A stretch of 60,544 nt of DNA from positions 1 to 60,544 of the forward strand of contig JBEGVH010000028.1 in assembly GCA_041178425.1 (NCBI GenBank). The letters run 5' to 3'. The position numbers were made by a program, and so were the translations under genes. A model generated the notes under the pieces. That model saw only the letters and a program-made list of their open reading frames with translations. It had not been told where the DNA came from and did no database searches. Source of the stretch: Pseudomonadota bacterium. GTDB taxonomy: Bacteria > Bdellovibrionota > Bdellovibrionia > Bdellovibrionales > Bdellovibrionaceae. Below are positions 19,156 through 27,558 of this stretch, one piece after another (position 1 is the stretch's first letter; every line of letters starts with the position of its first letter).

Positions 19156-20109
19156 CTAATCTTTTATCATGAGGGGCATTAACCACTCTTCTACAAGCAA
19201 AACCGGGTCTCTGTGCCCCAGCAACCCAGCTTCTAGGTGCAAGCCTCGTTCCCACAAACTCCATAAGTCTTCGGCGGACACCTTGGATAACCCCTGGAGG
19301 AGAGGCGACCATCCGGATTTAGAAGGATCGGCACCCTCGTAGCGATGAACAAGAGACTCCTTGATAACCATGAGCCAGTAGCGAATAAACAGAAGAAGTT
19401 TATCTTTGTCTTTTAGAGTGTCCCGCCAAGACCCCAGCACAAAAAAGCTTTTATCATTAAAAAACTGAGCCAAAAGGGCGAAAGCGTCTTCTCGAACCTC
19501 ACGACGAGAGTCTTCTTTTTGCTCTAATAATTCCTTCACCGACCCACGAGCCAATCGAAGAAGCTCAACATCACCCTTAGACCAAGGCTCCAAATCACTC
19601 TCTTTGAGTGGGGCAAAAGCCACTCGTGTGGCGCGCGACCTAATTGTTGGCAGTACTTGCATCCAGCGATGAGTAATAAAAAAGAAATAGGTGTTTGGCG
19701 GAGGCTCTTCAAAAACTTTCAGGAGAGAATTTGCCGCCTGAGCGTTCAAAGTGTGAGCGTCGTTGACGATGATCACGCGAGAACCTCCGCTTTGAGCGAG
19801 ACTTAAAAAATCTTGTATCTCTCGCGCTCTCTCCATTTTGATGAGATTTTTCTCTGGCTCCACGGCCAAGACGTTTTCATGGAACCCCGATCGAATTTTT
19901 ACACACGAAGCACAGAGACCACAGGCCTCTCCAGGCGCAATAGGCCTCTGGCAAAGCAAAACCTCTGCCATCCCCCATGCAAATCTTTTTTTTCCAATGC
20001 CCTCTGGACCCACAAATAAAAATTGCGAGGGCAAACGCCCCTGCAAAAGGGCATTCACTAAAGCCTCACGAATTCGATTGTGTCCTACGGTTGACTCGAG
20101 AATTCCCAA
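19156..20109 (-). CDS. holB: DNA polymerase III subunit delta'
   Basis: LFVGPEGIGK, zinc motif C..CGLCASC, AANSLLKVFEEPP and LPTIRSR; lies downstream of tmk. Confidence 0.92.
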   Translation of the reverse strand: MGILESTVGHNRIREALVNALLQGRLPSQFLFVGPEGIGKKRFAWGMAEVLLCQRPIAPGEACGLCASCVKIRSGFHENVLAVEPEKNLIKMERAREIQDFLSLAQSGGSRVIIVNDAHTLNAQAANSLLKVFEEPPPNTYFFFITHRWMQVLPTIRSRATRVAFAPLKESDLEPWSKGDVELLRLARGSVKELLEQKEDSRREVREDAFALLAQFFNDKSFFVLGSWRDTLKDKDKLLLFIRYWLMVIKESLVHRYEGADPSKSGWSPLLQGLSKVSAEDLWSLWERGLHLEAGLLGHRDPVLLVEEWLMPLMIKD

Positions 20110-20744
20110 AGGCCTCGCTCCTTCATTTTTTCAATAAGCTCTCTTAACAGATCTTCTGGTGATTGCATAGCCGACAAAACAAGCCACTCTTTCGGAGAAT
20201 CTTGTGCTTGCTCCAAAAAGGAGGCGCGCACACGCTCATGAAAATCACGAGCTTCAGCTTCCATTCGATCTATCGTTTCATTGGAGTTTTGAAGCCGATG
20301 AGCTTGCCGCCGCTGCGCTTCTTCGTAAGGCAAATCAAGAAGGATTGTTAGAACAGGCTTGAGTCCGTTCGTTGCAAAGTGATTCAGCCAGTCCACCGAT
20401 TCACGAGGAATTTGTCTCCCCCCCGCTTGAAACGCCACCGAACTCGCCGTAAAACGATCACAGAGAATCCATTCGCCAGCGTTCAACTTGGGTTGGATAA
20501 GAAGATCTACGTGTTGAGCCCGTGCGGCAATATAGAGTAACAACTCTGTACGTGCCGCCGGAGCCTCTGACTCACGACGAAGGATAATGTCTCGAAGCTC
20601 CTCGCTAATCCGAGTTCCGCCCGGCTCGCGGGTAACAGTGACTCTCTCGCCAATCGCCTCCAATTCGCCTTTTAGAGCTTTTAGAAGCGTTGATTTTCCG
20701 GCCCCATCAAGCCCTTCAAATACAACAAAGCGGTTTTGAACCAA
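20085..20744 (-). CDS. tmk: Thymidylate kinase
   Basis: FEGLDGAGKST, TREPGGT, AARAQH and CDRF; likely TTG start at 20744 with GAGAGG RBS. Confidence 0.96.
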   Translation of the reverse strand: MVQNRFVVFEGLDGAGKSTLLKALKGELEAIGERVTVTREPGGTRISEELRDIILRRESEAPAARTELLLYIAARAQHVDLLIQPKLNAGEWILCDRFTASSVAFQAGGRQIPRESVDWLNHFATNGLKPVLTILLDLPYEEAQRRQAHRLQNSNETIDRMEAEARDFHERVRASFLEQAQDSPKEWLVLSAMQSPEDLLRELIEKMKERGLWEFSSQP

Positions 20745-20833
20745 AGTACACCTCTCAAATGAGTTTCGAGAGACAATACTTGCACATTTCAAAGTGAAGC
20801 AAACGTTTATTCGCAGCGTATGCTCCAACTGAG

Positions 20834-22237
20834 TTAGAGACTCAGCCGAAGACTAAAATCGTCGCCACTCCCCTGCTCATTGATCCCATTCTTACCCACA
20901 GACCAAATTTGACGTCGACGGGGATCAAAATGAAGAGACTGCCCCGAAAAATAATCCCTCGGTGCCTGCAAAATAAGCTTTTCCCTAACGAGATCATCAA
21001 AGGTATTTGGCCACCTCAAATACCTTTTTTCGTAATCAGAAACAGCAAGAGTCATTTTTAAAAAAGAGAGTCGATTAAGGTCTATTTTCATTTGCGTGAC
21101 GTCCATCGAACTCCAAATCTCACTTATTTTTTTTAAGTAAAAAATCTCATACAGGCGTCCAATAGGATTGCTGACTCTTGCAAAATGAATCTTAGCTTGT
21201 GACAAGCGCATGGAATCAAATAATTCGATGGGCTGGTCGTAGGCTTGAAAAGGCCCCTCCAGCGACATTCCCAAGAGAGGAAAGATCATTGAATAACTAA
21301 CTCCTAATTCACTCTTTAGGTTTTTCACTTTTTCATCGATGACTGGATCGAGCCATGGCTTAATAACAAAATAATTGTTCTTTTTTAGTTCGGCGAGTGT
21401 CAATGTGAGATAGTGTTTAATGACTTGTCCACTGGCTTCGACATCGACAGTCAGTGAACTCTCTCTAAACAGAGCCTGCAGTTGTGCTTCGAGTGTTTGC
21501 TCTCCTTCGATCCCTACCCGATGAAAAAGTTTATCCAATTTATTTTTTTTTGAAATCGCAAAGGGGACCTTCCAGGGATGTTGACCCATCAGCTTTGCCA
21601 ACTGATTGGCTGAAGGCCGTGGAGTCATTGGCGCTTTTATTCTCTCCCACTCGGCCAGAATTTCTTTTTCCATGCCTTGGGTTAAATCAGAAGACCAATA
21701 GCCCATGCGTATTTCAGTTTCTACTAATTGGGGGTACAAAAAAACCAATCGCTCGAGTTCATCCAGGTAAAGTGAGCGAACATTGGCTCCCAACCGCCGA
21801 GCCAATGATGAAGACTCATTGAGATTTTCAGCCACCAAATTTCGAATTGATTTTAGTGAGTCTTCAATAGTTGCAGAATCTTTTTTAAAGGTTGCGTATC
21901 GAAGCCTCAGAATCTGAAGCCTAATAGACGTCAATATATCTCCTAACAAGGGTCCTTGGCGCCCCTGCAATGAGTAACAAGAAAAGTTTCGAATCGCCGC
22001 CTCGTTGGCCGAAAGGAGTTTTTTTAGGTCTTTCTCTTGAGACGATGACATCCATGAGGACGCATTTTGAAGGGCCTGATACTTTTCTTCAATGGCCTCA
22101 GGTTGAACTAATGGGGAACAAACCCGAGCGCTCTGCTGGTCTTTCAGCTTGGAGTCGGCCACCGAAAATTCACTCATAGCAAGAAGTCCAAAGACGAAAA
22201 CGCATGGTAGCCCAAAAAAACTCCCCCTTGTTTTCAT
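20834..22237 (-). CDS. Hypothetical secreted helical protein with GspG/pseudopilin-like C-terminal module
   Basis: Signal-like N-terminus; C-terminus AVSDYEKRYLRWPNTFDDLV...PRDYFSGQSL...IWSVGKNGINEQGSGDD resembles the T2SS-G globular domain. Confidence 0.6.
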   Translation of the reverse strand: MKTRGSFFGLPCVFVFGLLAMSEFSVADSKLKDQQSARVCSPLVQPEAIEEKYQALQNASSWMSSSQEKDLKKLLSANEAAIRNFSCYSLQGRQGPLLGDILTSIRLQILRLRYATFKKDSATIEDSLKSIRNLVAENLNESSSLARRLGANVRSLYLDELERLVFLYPQLVETEIRMGYWSSDLTQGMEKEILAEWERIKAPMTPRPSANQLAKLMGQHPWKVPFAISKKNKLDKLFHRVGIEGEQTLEAQLQALFRESSLTVDVEASGQVIKHYLTLTLAELKKNNYFVIKPWLDPVIDEKVKNLKSELGVSYSMIFPLLGMSLEGPFQAYDQPIELFDSMRLSQAKIHFARVSNPIGRLYEIFYLKKISEIWSSMDVTQMKIDLNRLSFLKMTLAVSDYEKRYLRWPNTFDDLVREKLILQAPRDYFSGQSLHFDPRRRQIWSVGKNGINEQGSGDDFSLRLSL

Positions 22238-22500
22238 CTAACCCCCTGTTACTATTTATTTTTTCTTAATTCTCAAAGCTAGTTTACGAATTCATAGCCG
22301 CTTTCCACTAGCCCAAAAGACAGGTTCAGTGCAAAACTCGACCATCGTCGTGATTAAATACAAAAAGACAGGGCCTCATTTGGCGGAAAGCTTGATAAAA
22401 AAAGTAAAAACGGCATTTCATCTGGAAACCGCAGTGAATTTGGGTTAGTGGAAGGGCGAGAGACTTTAAAAATGCATCTACTCTCGCCGGGAGGTAACCA

Positions 22501-23271
22501 ATGGTTTATAAACTTATGGTCCGCACACTGAAGGGAAAAGCCCCTCGCCATCTTTTGGTTTTTCACTTCCTTTTTTTGATGGCAATAAGACCCTCTGTGA
22601 GTGCCAGCGAACTTAACCTATCGAGTAAACGCTTCTCCGATTTTCGAACGACTTTCTCTTCGAGCCAGGAACTCTCGGGCGTCTATTCTAAATATCAAGA
22701 TTGGAGCCAATGGTCAGAAACACAGACTCAAGCGAAAGACTCAAAACGTTTTGACCCAAACAATAAACATGGTTTTGTTTTCTCGGTCACGACTCTTCGC
22801 TTTCGACAAAACATCGATCTTTTTGAACGACCCCACTTATCTCTTCCCTCGGCCCAAGAGCTCTTTTTTCCCGAGATTCAATATAAAAATTGTAATTCGA
22901 GTTCCTGCCAAGCCGTTCAAAAGGTTGGTCCCTTTTTACCCGACGCTCATTATCTTTCTTTTTATCGAATCGTAAGATTGAGTGGCCCCGAAGATCTGCT
23001 AAAATTCAATGTGCCAAAAAAGCTTTTAACTGATTTGTCTCGCTTTCCAAAATACCTGATGCTGCAAACGGGCACTCACTGGTCTAATTATTTTCAAAGA
23101 GCCAACAGCATCACTGTCTTCGAACCAGATCAATCGAACCCTGACTGGATTCAGATCCGTTCTTACCAGGTTCTTTCTTTGAATGCCATTGGAGCCGTTG
23201 GAAAATCTTCGATTCGCAGCGCTCTCAATCGCCAAATTGAAAGCTTTCTGATAGCCTTCGGAAAGCTCTAA
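22501..23271 (+). CDS. Hypothetical secreted protein (start uncertain)
   Basis: 256-aa ORF with a GGAGG upstream and a signal-like segment ending SVSA; no family recognised. Confidence 0.55.
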   Translation: MVYKLMVRTLKGKAPRHLLVFHFLFLMAIRPSVSASELNLSSKRFSDFRTTFSSSQELSGVYSKYQDWSQWSETQTQAKDSKRFDPNNKHGFVFSVTTLRFRQNIDLFERPHLSLPSAQELFFPEIQYKNCNSSSCQAVQKVGPFLPDAHYLSFYRIVRLSGPEDLLKFNVPKKLLTDLSRFPKYLMLQTGTHWSNYFQRANSITVFEPDQSNPDWIQIRSYQVLSLNAIGAVGKSSIRSALNRQIESFLIAFGKL

Positions 23272-24197
23272 AATTCAAAATCAATCAAACTTCGCATCGG
23301 GAAAGAAACTTGCCCCAGCATCAAGTAATTTAAAAACTTAGATAGGGCTTTGGTTTCATTTCCGTTACCGTGCAAAAGAACGACACTGCCTGGCTTTGGC
23401 GATTCTCCCTTTCCAATCCATGCATCGGAACCAACAGCCACAAGGCCGAACTCCGTGAGCCTGGCCATGAGTGCCTCATTTGCCACCAGACCAGGAAACC
23501 GAAAAAATACGGAAGGAACAACATTGTAATTGAGTAGTATTTTTTCTGTTTCTAAAACTTCTGATTCAAAATCAACACCTGGAGTGAGTAGAAAATTTTT
23601 TGAATTCGGAACACCCCGCACATAAGGATGGGTCCATGAATGGTTCAACCAATGTATCGCCAGCCTTTGGTTTTTTTCTTGGTCTCTTAACCAAGCAAAA
23701 TCAGATCGATGAGATTCAATCCACTTTCCACTCACAGCAATATTTATCGTTTCCGAAGGCCTAAGCTCTTCTTTTAGTCGCTCGAAAAATTCCTGATCTA
23801 AATTTCTCTTTGACGGACATAGGTCTATCGTAACAAAGCTCCCTCTATAATCCCGGCTCGGCCGATGAATCCCCGCATTTTCAGGATCGAGAGCGCCGAG
23901 CCATTGCGATTTGAGCGCTTCCGAATAGCGCGTTTTTTCATTTAAAAATTGATCTTTCGAAAGGCGTACACAACGAACGTCTGACATTTGTTTTACGGAG
24001 GTTTCTAATGTCGATGCGTTGACAAGCAAAACATAATCGCGCCCCTCTTGCTGCCATCGACGCAAACCAATCTGGTGAGAGTCTTGACGAGTGAAACACC
24101 TTTCAATCACAACACGATAGTTTTCAACGGCCCGACTCTCAGGCAAGCTGAGCGCTGTATTGGAAACAAAAAAAAGAGCTAGTATAAAGTATCTCAA
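23268..24197 (-). CDS. Secreted polysaccharide/peptidoglycan deacetylase (NodB/CE4-like)
   Basis: Signal peptide; CE4 motifs TIDLCP (variant motif 1), NHSWTHP, FFRFPG and LLHGN; TTG start with GGGAGG RBS. Confidence 0.82.
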   Translation of the reverse strand: MRYFILALFFVSNTALSLPESRAVENYRVVIERCFTRQDSHQIGLRRWQQEGRDYVLLVNASTLETSVKQMSDVRCVRLSKDQFLNEKTRYSEALKSQWLGALDPENAGIHRPSRDYRGSFVTIDLCPSKRNLDQEFFERLKEELRPSETINIAVSGKWIESHRSDFAWLRDQEKNQRLAIHWLNHSWTHPYVRGVPNSKNFLLTPGVDFESEVLETEKILLNYNVVPSVFFRFPGLVANEALMARLTEFGLVAVGSDAWIGKGESPKPGSVVLLHGNGNETKALSKFLNYLMLGQVSFPMRSLIDFEF

Positions 24198-24210
24198 CTA
24201 CGCCTCCCGC

Positions 24211-26103
24211 TTATTTTGCTCTGGAGCAACCGACTGAGACTGCAAGATCTCGTTTTGTTTGAACACAGCGTTCATCTTTATTGGGGCACTTTAAACGAAC
24301 GTGAAAATGGTTGTAGTGGCCGCGCTCAGGAACCAAGCGACGAAGGGTATGAAAAACAATAGGGTCGATTTCTTTGCCCTTCACCAAATCACCAGCCTTC
24401 GCTGCCTCGGTGCACATGGCCTGCTTTACCGAAGGATGCACCAGAATAAAATAAACTTTGTCGTGGTAATAGGTCATTACAGACTTAAAAAATTTCCAAT
24501 GAAGCGATCGATCGAAATCATCACTAAGGCCCTTACCTTTGGTTGAACTTAAACCATAGTAGTGATCTTTTTTTCCATTAAAGAAATATCCCACATCAAT
24601 ATCGAGACCATTTTGATGACTTTTATGAGGGCGCAATCGACCACCGTTTTCGTCACTGAGATCACCAACTTCCAGCATCATACCGGGCGACAGCCGATTC
24701 AACAAAAGTGATGATTTCACTAAAAATTCAACGGTCCCATAATTACCGAAATAATTTTTTTGGTTGGGGTGCACTACTCTTATCCGACTTCTCTCGCCTA
24801 GCTTCTGCACAACCGCCAAGAGATTGGTTGGTTGCTTCAGTGTTCCTCGAGAGTGAGCTCCGATGCTTTGATCTCGGAACTTTTGGTTAATAAGAGTTTG
24901 AGCCTCTGCCTCCGAAGGAATTCGATCCTTTCCACCTTCGGGCGGAGTGGCCGATTCAGGATTATTGGGACGCTCCACTTCGAGTTCAGGCGCGACGGTT
25001 GGCGTGGGCGTCGGCGTGACCTTCGGTGCTACCGTCGGCGTGGGCGTCGGCGTGACCTTCGGTGTTACGGTCGGCGTGGGCGTCGGCGTGACCTTCGGTG
25101 TTACGGTCGGCGTGGGCGTCGGCGTGACCTTCGGTGCTACCGTCGGCGTGGGCGTCGGAGTGACCTTCGGTATTACAGTCGGCGTGGGCGTCGGCGCTAC
25201 GGTTGGCGTTGGTGTTACCCTTGGGGAACCTTTCCCCTCGGCGTCTATCGCAGGTCGTTGTCCGTTATCTAGCTCTATGGAGTTCTCTAATTCTGAGTCT
25301 TCTTTAGCAGGCTGAGGTAGACGTGCTTCAATGTCCTCAATAGGCCTTTGAATCAAAGATGGTGGACCTTCTTCGATGACGTCGCGTTCAGACTCAATAG
25401 GTTTTCTCTGGTATAGATCATCGAGGGCATTTTCGTTAATACCAACCACCTCGAGATCTTGATCAAAACCTTCTAATTCATCGTTAATAGTTTCTTCGGA
25501 TTCATCACCATCGTTTTCTGTGGGCGATTGACCTTGTTCTGGCATTAATTTCTGTTCCGTCTGACCAGAGTAAATGATCCCCTGAACTCGAACAAAGAGC
25601 TCAACAACAAAGGAATTGCACTGCCCCTCAGAATTAGTCTCGAGGCAGTACAGTCGCCCTCTCACATCAGTGCCAGCAGGTTGTTTATCAGAGATTCCCG
25701 AGACAGCCACCAGATCCGAGTAACCTTTTTCAGGAGACCAATTGCCCGCGAGAACAAAAGAAATATCTCCAGACATTTTGGTCGAAGGGTTATTCCACTG
25801 GGCACTGCCACGCACAACCACACGATTGCGATCTTGAGTCCAAGCGACTTTGATATCACGATTTAAGAGTGTGCGCGGCAACCATGTTTCCCCCCGTGGA
25901 GAAATTCGAGGTAATTGTATGTAATTGTTAGAGTTTATATCTAGAGGCGCGGCCTTGACCACAGTGTCTTCGGGAACTTCAAAGTTCTCTTCGAAGGGAG
26001 ACAGAGCACCGCCACCGGCTCGCGTTTGTCGATCCCTAAAACCTCTAGTTGGGGTACAAGAGGCTAAAATCAGTGCACTTATGGCAAAAAGGATTCTTTT
26101 CAC
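24211..26103 (-). CDS. Lipoprotein with Pro/Thr linker and C-terminal penicillin-insensitive murein endopeptidase (MepA-like) domain
   Basis: GTG start at 26103 after AAGGAG; lipobox LASC; MepA/LAS motifs GDLSDENGG..HKSHQNGLDID and HYNHFHVRLKC. Confidence 0.85.
   Translation of the reverse strand: MKRILFAISALILASCTPTRGFRDRQTRAGGGALSPFEENFEVPEDTVVKAAPLDINSNNYIQLPRISPRGETWLPRTLLNRDIKVAWTQDRNRVVVRGSAQWNNPSTKMSGDISFVLAGNWSPEKGYSDLVAVSGISDKQPAGTDVRGRLYCLETNSEGQCNSFVVELFVRVQGIIYSGQTEQKLMPEQGQSPTENDGDESEETINDELEGFDQDLEVVGINENALDDLYQRKPIESERDVIEEGPPSLIQRPIEDIEARLPQPAKEDSELENSIELDNGQRPAIDAEGKGSPRVTPTPTVAPTPTPTVIPKVTPTPTPTVAPKVTPTPTPTVTPKVTPTPTPTVTPKVTPTPTPTVAPKVTPTPTPTVAPELEVERPNNPESATPPEGGKDRIPSEAEAQTLINQKFRDQSIGAHSRGTLKQPTNLLAVVQKLGERSRIRVVHPNQKNYFGNYGTVEFLVKSSLLLNRLSPGMMLEVGDLSDENGGRLRPHKSHQNGLDIDVGYFFNGKKDHYYGLSSTKGKGLSDDFDRSLHWKFFKSVMTYYHDKVYFILVHPSVKQAMCTEAAKAGDLVKGKEIDPIVFHTLRRLVPERGHYNHFHVRLKCPNKDERCVQTKRDLAVSVGCSRAK
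24988..25218 (-). repeat. Coding 36-bp tandem repeat (PKVTPTPTPTV[A/T], about 5-6 copies)
   Basis: Near-identical CGTCGGCGTGGGCGTCGGCGTGACCTTCGGTG(C/T)TAC units, in frame inside the MepA-like gene. Confidence 0.92.
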
Positions 26104-26304
26104 GTTCAACTCCTTTGCTCCGCGGGGCCAATGCGCCCCTTCTTTATGCAGTCTCGAGACCAGCTCCCAGTGCGGCAAAGCGCAGAACAAAGGGAGGCAA
26201 TGGAACTATTTACTGTCGCTCTGCCGAAAATGCGCCGCGACTTGGCTTCGGTGATGGACAGATGTCGGCAAACCTGTTTCTATCCGCGGCCAGATGGGGG
26301 CTTC

Positions 26305-27516
26305 ATGTTAAGAAATTTATTATGCACTTTTGTTCTAATATGTTCTTCGGCATTTACCTGGGCGGCATCGCCGCAAATTCCGGTGGGACCAGATTCGGTT
26401 TTCATTCAAGATACTGCCGCTAATGAAATCAAAATAATGTCCTATAATCTCTTAAACCTGTTCGATGCGGATAAAGATGAGTTCAGCGACGACTGGATGT
26501 GGCTCCCCAAAAATTATCCAGGCAAACAACGAGCGTGCCAAAACCTTCCTGACGCTCGCCGTGCAAAAGAGTGTAGCGAATTTGATTGGACCTACGAAAA
26601 GGTCGAATGGAAACTAAACCAAATTAAAAAGGTCGTCGACTTTCAAGGCTCTCAGCCCGACATGTTAGCGGTTATGGAAATAGAGAACGAAAACGTCATT
26701 CGCATGCTGGCTAATAAACTTGGCTACAAACACTATCTCATAACGACAAGCGCCGACAAACGTGGCATCGACGTTGGCCTGCTCTTCAACCCTCGCCCTG
26801 ATCTCACTTACGTTGGCTGGGAACCCCTCTACGTTAAATTCGCTTCCAATCGCCCCGGAAGAGACATCATGCGAGTCGACTTTAATTGGAAGGGGCGTCC
26901 ACTTTCTGTTTACGTGAACCACTGGCCGTCTCAACGTAATCCCACCGACGAGCGCGTGGTATGCGCTAAAGTTCTCGCTCAAAACGTAGACCAAATGATT
27001 CAAACAAGGGGTCCACAATGGCACGGCGTTGCGGTGGGTGATTTTAACACCATCGATGCTGATCGACCCAATCCGTTTAATGATGTTATTCATAGTGCAC
27101 AGTGGAATAATCATCTTTTCGATGCAGAAGCCTATGCCCGCCAATCAACAACCAATCCATCACTCCCTTTCACTCCTCCAGGGAGTTACTATTACGGAAA
27201 AGAGGATGTGTGGAACCATCTTGATAGAGTCGTTATCACTCAAAATCTTGCAGACAAAAGAGATATGGAATTCGTGCAAGATAGTTTTCGAATTCCGTTT
27301 CCAGAATTTATGAGCTTCTACTTGAAACGCGGGGGCAAAAATAATCACGAAGAACACCAACCTCTTTCGCCAATGCGTTCAACCCCTGAGGCCAATGGGC
27401 CAGTTGGCCCGGAACGAGTCCTTAGAGTTCCCAATCGCTATAACTTTGAAACTCTCGACGAATCAAAGAGAGGGTTTTCAGATCATCTACCAATGATCTT
27501 TAAATTAAGACAATAA
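26305..27516 (+). CDS. Secreted endonuclease/exonuclease/phosphatase (EEP) family nuclease
   Basis: Signal peptide from ATG 26305; SYNLLNLFD, EIEN, DKRGIDV, NHWPS, GDFN, LDRV and GFSDHLP. Confidence 0.9.
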   Translation: MLRNLLCTFVLICSSAFTWAASPQIPVGPDSVFIQDTAANEIKIMSYNLLNLFDADKDEFSDDWMWLPKNYPGKQRACQNLPDARRAKECSEFDWTYEKVEWKLNQIKKVVDFQGSQPDMLAVMEIENENVIRMLANKLGYKHYLITTSADKRGIDVGLLFNPRPDLTYVGWEPLYVKFASNRPGRDIMRVDFNWKGRPLSVYVNHWPSQRNPTDERVVCAKVLAQNVDQMIQTRGPQWHGVAVGDFNTIDADRPNPFNDVIHSAQWNNHLFDAEAYARQSTTNPSLPFTPPGSYYYGKEDVWNHLDRVVITQNLADKRDMEFVQDSFRIPFPEFMSFYLKRGGKNNHEEHQPLSPMRSTPEANGPVGPERVLRVPNRYNFETLDESKRGFSDHLPMIFKLRQ

Positions 27517-27519
27517 AAC

Positions 27520-27552
27520 AAAAAAGCCAGCGACGGATCGCTGGCTTTTTTT
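27520..27552. terminator. Bidirectional intrinsic terminator
   Basis: AAAAAAGCCAGCGA-cgga-TCGCTGGCTTTTTT perfect stem between convergent genes. Confidence 0.9.
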
Positions 27553-27558
27553 ATTTCA

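Noticed and set aside
24947..25315. CRISPR-like array, or real plus-strand Gly/Val- or Arg-rich ORFs
   Set aside because: The 36-bp units are contiguous with no unique spacers, no cas genes are present, and the plus-strand ORFs are shadows of the Pro/Thr linker.
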